Source: a virus
Reading direction: 5' to 3' (one strand)
IMG/VR virus record: IMGVR_UViG_3300042301_003774
Span: 7,518-71,517 of that record
DNA length: 64,000 nucleotides
Both the position numbers and the translations under genes were made by a program. Positions within the stretch are counted from its first letter, which is position 1; every line of letters begins with the position of its first letter. Below, in pieces: positions 48,969 to 56,241 of the stretch. The notes beneath the pieces are model-generated. The model did no database searches and was not told where the DNA came from. It saw only the letters and a program-made list of their open reading frames with translations.

Positions 48969-48979
48969 GTTCTTTGACA
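48969..48979 (+). promoter_or_regulatory. boxA-like antitermination element
   Basis: GTTCTTTGACA resembles rrn boxA; similar elements at 54482 and 56941. Confidence 0.5.
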
Positions 48980-48995
48980 TGATGAAAAGCCAAAT

Positions 48996-49079
48996 GCCTG
49001 GGTGATGGAATGGTAGACATGACAGACTTAAAATCTGTTGGGCAAATCGCTCGTGCGGGTTCGACTCCCGCCCTAGGTA
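48996..49079 (+). tRNA. tRNA-Leu(TAA)
   Basis: Long variable arm, loop CTTAAAA. Confidence 0.92.
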
Positions 49080-49083
49080 CAAT

Positions 49084-49157
49084 GGTTCCATAGCTCAATT
49101 GGATAGAGCAACACACTTCTAATGTGTAGGTTTCAGGTTCGACTCCTGATGGAATCA
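49084..49157 (+). tRNA. tRNA-Arg(TCT)
   Basis: Cloverleaf, loop CTTCTAA. Confidence 0.92.
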
Positions 49158-49158
49158 C

Positions 49159-49298
49159 AAAGATAATGGTCTGATGTTATTATGATTGTCGACAAATCAT
49201 GGTAGCTCTTAAACAGACAGCACCCTCTGCCGATGCATCGTAAAACTATTACTAAGCAGTTAAGATTGGAACGAGACGGGTATTCCAACATTATCTTT
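49159..49298 (+). ncRNA. unknown structured RNA
   Basis: 10-bp closing stem AAAGATAATG/CATTATCTTT, multi-way junction, possible TCTTAA/TTAAGA pseudoknot. Confidence 0.5.
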
Positions 49299-49303
49299 AT
49301 TTT

Positions 49304-49377
49304 CGGGATATAGCGTAGTCCGGTATCGCGCTTGGTTTGGGACCAAGAGGTCGTAGGTTCGAATCCTGCTATCCCGA
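49304..49377 (+). tRNA. tRNA-Pro(TGG)
   Basis: Cloverleaf, loop TTTGGGA. Confidence 0.92.
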
Positions 49378-49384
49378 CATTATT

Positions 49385-49458
49385 GCCTTCTTAGCTCAGT
49401 TGGTTAGAGCAACGCACTGTTAATGCGTGGGTTCCTGGTTCGAGTCCAGGAGAGGGCG
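49385..49458 (+). tRNA. tRNA-Asn(GTT)
   Basis: Cloverleaf, loop CTGTTAA. Confidence 0.92.
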
Positions 49459-49465
49459 CAACAAT

Positions 49466-49546
49466 GCCCTGGTGGTGGAATTGGTAGACACACTAGATTT
49501 AGGATCTAGCGCGAAAGTATTGAGGGTTCGAGTCCCTCCTAGGGTA
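49466..49546 (+). tRNA. tRNA-Leu(TAG)
   Basis: Loop TTTAGGA, long variable arm. Confidence 0.92.
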
Positions 49547-49555
49547 CAATAAATT

Positions 49556-49636
49556 GGGAGTATCGCATAGTGGCAATTGCAGAAGACTGTAAATCTTCCC
49601 TCATCGAGTTCAGTGGTTCGAGTCCACTTACTCCCA
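49556..49636 (+). tRNA. tRNA-Tyr(GTA)
   Basis: Loop CTGTAAA, long variable arm. Confidence 0.92.
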
Positions 49637-49642
49637 CAATTT

Positions 49643-49719
49643 GGACTTGTAGCTCAGTTGGTTAGAGCACTTCACTCATAATGAATAGGTCCCTGGTTCG
49701 AGCCCAGGCTGGTCCACCA
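49643..49719 (+). tRNA. tRNA(CAT), probably Ile2 (lysidine; reads AUA)
   Basis: Ile-like body (GGACTTG-TAGCTCAGTTGGTTAGAGC), loop CTCATAA, encoded CCA; ATA codons in leader 2 are consistent. Confidence 0.75.
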
Positions 49720-49722
49720 AAT

Positions 49723-49795
49723 AGAAGATTAGCTCAGTTGGGAGAGCGCTTGTCTTACATGCAAGATGTCACTGGTTCGATTCCAGTATCTTCTA
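49723..49795 (+). tRNA. tRNA-Val(TAC)
   Basis: Cloverleaf, loop CTTACAT. Confidence 0.92.
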
Positions 49796-49800
49796 CAATT

Positions 49801-49873
49801 GCCTCCATAGCTCAGTTGGTAGAGCAGCTGATTTGTAATCAGCAGGTCGTTGGTTCGAGCCCGACTGGAGGCT
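49801..49873 (+). tRNA. tRNA-Thr(TGT)
   Basis: Cloverleaf, loop TTTGTAA. Confidence 0.93.
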
Positions 49874-49925
49874 CGATGGGTCTGAGGGAGTCCCGAAAAG
49901 GTATAAATAACCTGTCCCTCTCCAA

Positions 49926-49998
49926 GCGAAAGTAGCTCAGTCGGTAGAGCATTACCTTGCCAAGGTAAGGGTCGCGAGTTCGAATCTCGTCTTTCGCT
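49926..49998 (+). tRNA. tRNA-Gly(GCC)
   Basis: Cloverleaf, loop TTGCCAA, U73. Confidence 0.93.
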
Positions 49999-50046
49999 CT
50001 TAGAGGTACTTCCAAGTTTTTTTAATATTTGGAAGTATTTATAGAT

Positions 50047-50478
50047 ATGAAAACAAAAATATGCCCTAAATGTGAAATTGAATTACCGTTAAATGACGAA
50101 CATTTCGCATCAAGATATGATAGAAAAGAAAAAATGTTTCAACATATCTGTAGAAAATGTCAGAGTGAATATAGAAAAACTCATTATGAAAAAAATAAAC
50201 AAAAATATATTGATAAAGCTAAAGTCTTTACTAAATCAATGGTTGAATGGTTTATTGAATATAAAAAAACATTAAAATGTGTCGAATGTGGTGAAGATAG
50301 ATATTGGGTTTTAGATTTTCACCATAGAGACCCTAAAGAAAAAGATATCGAGGTTTCTACTTTAATTAGAAGGGGTAGTAAAAGTAAAATATTAAATGAA
50401 ATTGAAAAATGTGACGTTCTATGTTCTAATTGTCATAGGGATTTACATTTTAAAGAAAATAATGCGGATTTCGCCTAG
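50047..50478 (+). CDS. HNH endonuclease (putative homing endonuclease)
   Basis: CxxC pairs, LDFHHRDP..K...EIEKCDVLCSNCHR HNH motif; lies between two tRNA-Gly genes. Confidence 0.85.
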   Translation: MKTKICPKCEIELPLNDEHFASRYDRKEKMFQHICRKCQSEYRKTHYEKNKQKYIDKAKVFTKSMVEWFIEYKKTLKCVECGEDRYWVLDFHHRDPKEKDIEVSTLIRRGSKSKILNEIEKCDVLCSNCHRDLHFKENNADFA

Positions 50479-50537
50479 TTGGTATGGCATCACACTTCCA
50501 ATGTGAAATAGGATCGGTTCGAGCCCGATAATCCGCT
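50464..50537 (+). tRNA. tRNA-Gly(TCC)
   Basis: Cloverleaf, loop CTTCCAA. Confidence 0.9.
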
Positions 50538-50542
50538 CATTA

Positions 50543-50613
50543 TGTCCTTTGGTGTAACGGTAGCACAACTGTTTTTGGTGCAGTTTGTTTAGGTTCGAAT
50601 CCTAAAGGGACAA
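50543..50613 (+). tRNA. tRNA-Gln(TTG)
   Basis: U1-A72, loop TTTTGGT. Confidence 0.9.
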
Positions 50614-50617
50614 CAAT

Positions 50618-50707
50618 AGAGAGTTACCCAAGTTGGTGAAGGGGTCTGTTTGCTAAACAGATAGGTCGGGTTAAACCGGCGCAAGGGTTCGAGCCCCTTA
50701 CTCTCTA
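50618..50707 (+). tRNA. tRNA-Ser(GCT)
   Basis: Loop TTGCTAA, long variable arm. Confidence 0.9.
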
Positions 50708-50711
50708 CATA

Positions 50712-50860
50712 CTGTAGTGTGACGAAATTGGCAAACGTGCCCTCCTGTCTCGGGGGCGGTGACAAAGAAATAGATTAGTAATATGGGGTAGACCACCAGC
50801 CGGCCGGCGTAATGTTACTAATTGAATCTCACCTTGGTGGTTCGAATCCATCCGCTACAG
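50712..50860 (+). ncRNA. tRNA-like RNA (GTC anticodon position) with ~80-nt variable arm
   Basis: 8-bp acceptor CTGTAGTG/CGCTACAG, D and T arms intact, loop CTGTCTC, very large structured variable region. Confidence 0.7.
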
Positions 50861-50894
50861 CATTTATAAAATAAACTAAGTAAAATGAAATGAA

Positions 50895-51356
50895 ATGAAA
50901 CAATTTAAAACACTTCACGGAATTGTGATTCCGAACTTGATTGAATATGTTAGGGAATACATATCAACAAGGGAGAACGTAGAAATTCTTATTGGTTCTG
51001 ACTCACAATGTTATAGCCATAAAAAAACCGTGTATGGTGTTGTAATTGCTTTATACACTCCTGGAAAGGGGGCACACGTTTTATGTAATCGTGAAACATT
51101 ACCGATGGAATATAATACACCGTCTAGATTATTAAATGAAGTTTGGAGATCGATTGAAATTGCTGAATGGATGAAAGAAAACGGTTTACCAAAAGCAACA
51201 TATATTGATATTGATTTAAATCCAGATCCAAAGTACAAATCAAACGCTGTATTAAGACAAGCTGTTGGTTTAGTTGAAGGTATGGGGTATAAAGTTAGAT
51301 ATAAACATTTCGGTGCTTTAACAACATACGCAGCTAATCAACTAGTTCGAATTTAA
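50895..51356 (+). CDS. RNase H-like YkuK family protein
   Basis: ILIGSDSQ, RLLNEVWRSIEIA, IDIDLN motifs. Confidence 0.75.
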   Translation: MKQFKTLHGIVIPNLIEYVREYISTRENVEILIGSDSQCYSHKKTVYGVVIALYTPGKGAHVLCNRETLPMEYNTPSRLLNEVWRSIEIAEWMKENGLPKATYIDIDLNPDPKYKSNAVLRQAVGLVEGMGYKVRYKHFGALTTYAANQLVRI

Positions 51357-51375
51357 AGGTATTTATAGTTAACAT

Positions 51376-52230
51376 ATGCATATAAACATACCCGAATATA
51401 AATTAAGTATTATTGTACCACATAAATCTGGTAATACTATAATATACTCAACTATAGTAGAAATTCTGGAATTAAATTCAATTGAATTTAATAACACATC
51501 TAATAATGATGAGTTAGAAGAAAATTGTTTTTTATTTGTAAGAAACCCTATAGATAGATTTTTCTCATCATATAATTGGTATGCAAAGGTTAAAAGATTA
51601 TTTGATGTTGATAGATTGGACAGTCTAACAGCAGATCAATTATCCCTGATGGACGAATCGTTAAAAATATTTGGTGATTTAGAAATTGATTCATTACAAA
51701 AATTTATTGAAAAGTATAGGATTTTTATAAATAATTCAACTGATACCCATTTTTTACCGCAAAGTTCTTTTTTTTTAAAAAGAAATGGTGATAAAGGAAT
51801 GAGAGCAAATTTAAATCTTAATATTAGAAAAGAGTACGACGCTAGGTTTGAAAATCGAAACTATAAATTTTTTAGAGTTGAGGACATTAGCGATACCATA
51901 AAATTAAATAAAAGTTTATTAATGAGTCGGGGTATAACAAACTTTGGTATACATAAAAAAGATAATGTTAGTAAGGTCGACCTAAAAACATTTCCCTTTC
52001 TAAAAGATTTTCCAAAAAACACTGACCATTTATTTATGGTTTTTCATGCTTATTTTAATGATTTTTTATCTGAATATCATCATTCAAAAAACCCTAATTA
52101 CTATTATAATGAAATTACTGTTAATGATTATATAACGGTATGTAACATGTTTAAAAAAGAATGTGTTTTTTTTGGCTATGATGACGAGCCGAATTTAAAC
52201 AATATTGAATTCAAAAGAAACACGATTTAA
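51376..52230 (+). CDS. sulfotransferase family 2-like protein
   Basis: PHKSGNT, FVRNPIDRFFSSY, HFLPQ motifs. Confidence 0.65.
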   Translation: MHINIPEYKLSIIVPHKSGNTIIYSTIVEILELNSIEFNNTSNNDELEENCFLFVRNPIDRFFSSYNWYAKVKRLFDVDRLDSLTADQLSLMDESLKIFGDLEIDSLQKFIEKYRIFINNSTDTHFLPQSSFFLKRNGDKGMRANLNLNIRKEYDARFENRNYKFFRVEDISDTIKLNKSLLMSRGITNFGIHKKDNVSKVDLKTFPFLKDFPKNTDHLFMVFHAYFNDFLSEYHHSKNPNYYYNEITVNDYITVCNMFKKECVFFGYDDEPNLNNIEFKRNTI

Positions 52231-52313
52231 TTTTTTTTTCATAAACTCTTTGTTTTTTAAAAAAAGTATTGTACATTTGTCCTCACAACAATAATAACAA
52301 CAATTTTTACGAC

Positions 52314-54386
52314 ATGGATTTGAAAAGAAATATCGTCGCACTAAAAAAGGGGTTCATAGCACCATCTAACGACGGGATGGATAATAGAATTGCTACAGCA
52401 ACCGTACAAGCTCATTTAATGAGTTGGGGTTACATGTTAGATCAAGACGCTTTCGAAGCGTTATCAAAATCAGATCTTTCATATATTACAAATTTTAATA
52501 ATGAAGTTCTTTCTTATTTGAAAGACATTACTGGTGGTAATAGGAATTACGAACCATTGTACAAAAACTTCCCACAAGAGGTTATGTCAATGTCCGATTT
52601 CGAATTATACTTTAATGCTATATGTCATTATTGGTCTAATGGTAATTGGGAACCATCTACTGTTACATACGAAAAACCAATTGCATTTGAAAATGTCAAA
52701 TACAATATGATTAAGTTTGCAACGCAAGAAAGATTTTCACAAATTTTTACTGATTTGGTATCAATCAATACATCAATATCTCCACAAGACATGGAGATTG
52801 TTAAATGGTTTGTTGAAAGCGGTGAAAAACTTATTTTCCCTAATGTCATTCCATTTAAAGAAAATCTTTGCACATTAGCTGCAATGGGTATTGAGGGTTT
52901 ACCAGTTAAAACACCAACAGATGTATTGCGTATTGCTGTACATATGTCAGGTGGTGATATTAGTTTACCTAGAGTACCAGAAAAAGAAGTTCGCGCTAGT
53001 CTTTGGACAACACAACGAATTTTAAATCCTGAAAGAGTTAAATTTAAATTTAAAAAGTTTACTCGTAAGGATCGTAAGTATCTTTTAGGTTTATTAGAGC
53101 AAACTAATTGTGATCCAAAAGAAATGGCGTTGAAAGATCAAAGATGGGTTCGTCTTGGTGAAATTCTTCATCCAATGGAGTACAAGAAATTATTTCCAAA
53201 AGCGGCTAATAGTTTTAATATTATTCGTAATGAAAAAGTTAAGACTTGGTATGGTGTTTTAAATGAGGCGTTCAATAATGGTTTAGAAGAAGGATTAAAA
53301 GTTCTTTCACAAAAACCTGGTGAATTTTCAAGAAAATTAGATTGGTTAATCCGTTCTAATCCAAAAGATACCAATCTTATTATGAGATATTTTAGTGAAG
53401 CGGTTAAAACAACATCAAATAAAGTATTGTTTGAGATGTATGGTCACTTTGAAAATCGTTTGGAAGATAATAACGATCGTTCAATTATGATCAAAGGTGC
53501 TAGGAAAAAAACACTGTTACCGTCATTGAAAGCATTAGATAATAATGTTGTTGAAAATATTCATTCAAAACTTTTTGAAACACTTAGAGATAAGTTTTCA
53601 ACATTGGATAAATTAGGTGATTGTTGGATCGATGAGGAATTGAAAAAAATCCCATTACCAACAAACATGCGAAGCATGAGCTTTTCATCTAAACCAATTT
53701 TAAGAGGCCAAAGAGTACCACTTGATAACCTTGATGCTAAAGTTATTAGACCATTTATACATTGGTATGATAAAGTTGGTCGTGAAGATTTAGATTTAAG
53801 TGTTACCTTTGTTGGAGATAAAACAGATGTTCTTTCTTTCAGTAATATGAAAGTTGGTAATTCGGTTCACTCTGGTGATGTTAGACATCGTCAAGGCGCT
53901 TGTGCTGAGTATATTGACATTGATATTGCTGACGCAAAATCACGTGGGTTTAAGTATGTTGTTATTGATGTTAGAAATTATAACGGTCGTGGGTTAAACA
54001 CACTTGAGAGTTCATTTGGAATAATGGAAAGAGAGTTTCCGGAATCAAATAAAACATGGTTGCCAGAAACGATATCAAGTTGTTCTAAATTAGAGTCAAC
54101 ATCAGCAAGTACATTGGTCGCTATCATTGATTTATATACCAAAGAATACATTATGTTGGATATAGATTCGGATGGTTGGTTTACAGCTAGTGGGGATGTT
54201 AAAAACACATTGAAACTTGTTGAACAATATTCTAAGTTACCAAAAGTTAGTGTGTATGATCTGGCTCTATTACATGTAGAGGCTAGAGGTCGTCAAGTAA
54301 CTTTGGATTCGAATGTTGACACATATTTCAAAATGGAAGACTTTATGACTTCTTATGAAGAAATTGGAAAACTGATGGGGGTGTAA
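52314..54386 (+). CDS. ROT/TROVE-like helical repeat protein with C-terminal TerD-like domain
   Basis: PLYKNFP, IPFKENL, TPTDVLR, KPGEFSRKLDWL, DLDLS...HSGD....GACAEYIDID; architecture as described for Prok-RING_4-associated proteins but without the RING; TACATTTG promoter upstream. Confidence 0.7.
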   Translation: MDLKRNIVALKKGFIAPSNDGMDNRIATATVQAHLMSWGYMLDQDAFEALSKSDLSYITNFNNEVLSYLKDITGGNRNYEPLYKNFPQEVMSMSDFELYFNAICHYWSNGNWEPSTVTYEKPIAFENVKYNMIKFATQERFSQIFTDLVSINTSISPQDMEIVKWFVESGEKLIFPNVIPFKENLCTLAAMGIEGLPVKTPTDVLRIAVHMSGGDISLPRVPEKEVRASLWTTQRILNPERVKFKFKKFTRKDRKYLLGLLEQTNCDPKEMALKDQRWVRLGEILHPMEYKKLFPKAANSFNIIRNEKVKTWYGVLNEAFNNGLEEGLKVLSQKPGEFSRKLDWLIRSNPKDTNLIMRYFSEAVKTTSNKVLFEMYGHFENRLEDNNDRSIMIKGARKKTLLPSLKALDNNVVENIHSKLFETLRDKFSTLDKLGDCWIDEELKKIPLPTNMRSMSFSSKPILRGQRVPLDNLDAKVIRPFIHWYDKVGREDLDLSVTFVGDKTDVLSFSNMKVGNSVHSGDVRHRQGACAEYIDIDIADAKSRGFKYVVIDVRNYNGRGLNTLESSFGIMEREFPESNKTWLPETISSCSKLESTSASTLVAIIDLYTKEYIMLDIDSDGWFTASGDVKNTLKLVEQYSKLPKVSVYDLALLHVEARGRQVTLDSNVDTYFKMEDFMTSYEEIGKLMGV

Positions 54387-54409
54387 GATCCCTATCTTTT
54401 AAAAATATT

Positions 54410-54474
54410 GTGGCTATGGGTGGAGTTACTTCTAAAACTTCAATTTGGTGAAAACACACTCGCCCGCTTTCCAC
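54410..54474 (+). ncRNA. repeat structured RNA unit 1
   Basis: GTGG-CTAT-GGGTGGAGT-TACTTCTAA...ACTCGCCC-GCTTT-CCAC. Confidence 0.7.
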
Positions 54475-54500
54475 TAATTTAGTTCTTTAAAATAATATTA

Positions 54501-54659
54501 TTGCGGCTATGTGAGATTCCAAGAGGATAGTCTACTGCCAATTACCCGAGACATTAGATGGCTCCGCTAGTTGGCCCTAGAATAGACAAAAGTATTGGAA
54601 CAAGGGTCTTACTTCTAACTTACAACTATGATAACACGTTAGACACACTCTTTCCGCAA
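54501..54659 (+). ncRNA. repeat structured RNA unit 2 (with ~90-nt insert)
   Basis: TTGCGG-CTAT-GTG..GTCT-TACTTCTAA...AGAC-ACAC-TCTTT-CCGCAA. Confidence 0.65.
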
Positions 54660-54666
54660 AACATAA

Positions 54667-54794
54667 TGATGGCTATGTGGGCACGAATTGTTATAACATA
54701 TACATAACAACCGTGATCTGGTTACTTCTAAATCATCGTCAGGGGCTCAGTCCCCTGATATCAACCAAAGCAACCACCAGCACAATTTCCATCA
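54667..54794 (+). ncRNA. repeat structured RNA unit 3
   Basis: TGATGG-CTAT-GTG..CTGGT-TACTTCTAA...ACCAG-CAC-AATTT-CCATCA. Confidence 0.68.
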
Positions 54795-54819
54795 AAACTT
54801 ACTGTTCCTTGAGAACGGC

Positions 54820-54888
54820 GTTGGCTATGAATTGAGTTACTTCTAACTTTAAACTGTAAATTAAAAACTTACTCATTCAGTTTCCAAC
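54820..54888 (+). ncRNA. repeat structured RNA unit 4
   Basis: GTTGG-CTAT-GAATTGAGT-TACTTCTAA...ACTCATTC-AGTTT-CCAAC. Confidence 0.7.
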
Positions 54889-54921
54889 ATTATTAATAAA
54901 CGACATTTTAAACAACAAGAA

Positions 54922-55368
54922 ATGACAACAAAACAAACAACAGATGAAAAAGTAAAAACGCTTTTTGAATCGGTACAAGAAAAAAAATTAGCAATTGAAA
55001 AAGCAGAAAGACCATGTTGGTTAACCGCGGGTAACTTTGGTTATTCCGCAAATTCAGCACATGATCGCATAAACATTCAGACATTAACTGATGTTAGAAA
55101 GGTAGTAGAAATGTTCGCATTTCTTATTGATCGAAAAGAAAAATCTGAAAACGCAGCAAAAGAATTGGGTGTTGATTATAAATTCACCTGGTTAGGCTTT
55201 TCAGTCGATGAGTGGAAAAATGATTTTCAAACAAGAGTTAATCAAATTTCTATTCAGGAAAAACGTAAAGAGTTAGCAGAAATTGAATCTCGTTTAAACG
55301 CTATCATCTCCCCAGAGTTGAAAGCACAAATGGAACTTGAAGCGATTTCTAAGTTACTCGATGCATAG
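54922..55368 (+). CDS. hypothetical coiled-coil protein following the RNA array
   Basis: 148-aa ORF followed by a terminator near 55429-55458. Confidence 0.65.
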   Translation: MTTKQTTDEKVKTLFESVQEKKLAIEKAERPCWLTAGNFGYSANSAHDRINIQTLTDVRKVVEMFAFLIDRKEKSENAAKELGVDYKFTWLGFSVDEWKNDFQTRVNQISIQEKRKELAEIESRLNAIISPELKAQMELEAISKLLDA

Positions 55369-55491
55369 TTTTCTTAGTTTCTAAAAACTAAGTGGTGGAT
55401 TCGTCGGCATTAACCTGTTGGCCCCAATAAGGGACTAAAGAAATTTAGTCCTTTTTTTGTTTTTTAAAATAATTTTACATATATTAATGCT

Positions 55492-56241
55492 ATGAGGATA
55501 GTTTGCATATCGGACACACATACATTGCAAGATGGTATGGTTCACAAAATCCCTCCAGGTGATGTTCTGATACACGCTGGAGACATATCTAATCGTGGTG
55601 GTCAAGGTGATGTTACTGAATTTGTTCATTGGTTTCAAAACATAAAAGGATTTGACACCAAAATATTTATTTCCGGAAATCACGATCATTGTTTCGAAGA
55701 GGTGAACAAACCACATCATAGTCGTGATTATGATTGGTTACGTCATTTAATGTTTGAAGAAAATTTAGCTCAATCAAATATTGTTTATTTAGAAGATAGT
55801 GAGTTCACAATTGAAGATCCGAAATTTTCTAGACCAATTAAATTCTACGGTACTCCGTGGCAACCATGGTTTTATGATTGGGCTTTTAATCTACCTAGAC
55901 AAGGTGATGAATTAGAACAGAAATGGAGTATGATACCTGACGATACGGATGTATTAATTACTCATGGGCCACCTAACGGAATATTAGATTTGGTGAATAA
56001 TTTTAGACAACCAAATAGAAATGTTGGATGTGAATTATTACGGTTCCACATGGAACGTATTAAACCTTCTTTAAATGTTTTTGGACATATTCATGAGGGG
56101 TATGGTTATAAACAGATTGATGAAACATTATATGTTAACGCATCCATTTGTACTGATAGATATCAACCAATAAATAAACCAATCATTGTTGACCTAACTG
56201 AGGTTGACGGTAAAATAATTGCAACATATGTCGAAAATTAA
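55492..56241 (+). CDS. calcineurin-like metallophosphoesterase
   Basis: SDTH, HAGD, GNHD, THGPP, FGHIHE motifs. Confidence 0.9.
   Translation: MRIVCISDTHTLQDGMVHKIPPGDVLIHAGDISNRGGQGDVTEFVHWFQNIKGFDTKIFISGNHDHCFEEVNKPHHSRDYDWLRHLMFEENLAQSNIVYLEDSEFTIEDPKFSRPIKFYGTPWQPWFYDWAFNLPRQGDELEQKWSMIPDDTDVLITHGPPNGILDLVNNFRQPNRNVGCELLRFHMERIKPSLNVFGHIHEGYGYKQIDETLYVNASICTDRYQPINKPIIVDLTEVDGKIIATYVEN

Noticed and set aside
49169-49245. Hammerhead ribozyme (CTGATG seen)
   Set aside because: Lacks the full CUGANGA and GAAA core in the right junction
46544-49935. ORF-track entries over the tRNA arrays (46544, 47399, 47606, 47767, 48889, 49681)
   Set aside because: They overlap clear tRNA cloverleaves and are shadow ORFs
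50757-50835. Group I intron in a tRNA
   Set aside because: Far too short and located in the variable arm; no P7 core seen
46441-50860. Suppressor tRNA or stop-codon recoding
   Set aside because: No CTA, TTA or TCA anticodon found, and genes are intact in the standard code with high coding density
52269-52313. N-terminal poly-Asn extension of the TROVE-like protein as a third sensor leader
   Set aside because: It arises from a TTG start overlapping the promoter and has no terminator/antiterminator; ATG 52314 is the likelier start
54410-54888. CRISPR array
   Set aside because: Conserved blocks are short and interrupted, unit lengths range from 65 to 159 nt, stems covary, and no cas genes are in the window
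55373-55425. GTCGGCA..TAACCT as a further partner of sRNA-A (and the similar-looking 35241-35260)
   Set aside because: Matches are only 6-7 nt and are explained by local hairpins before terminators
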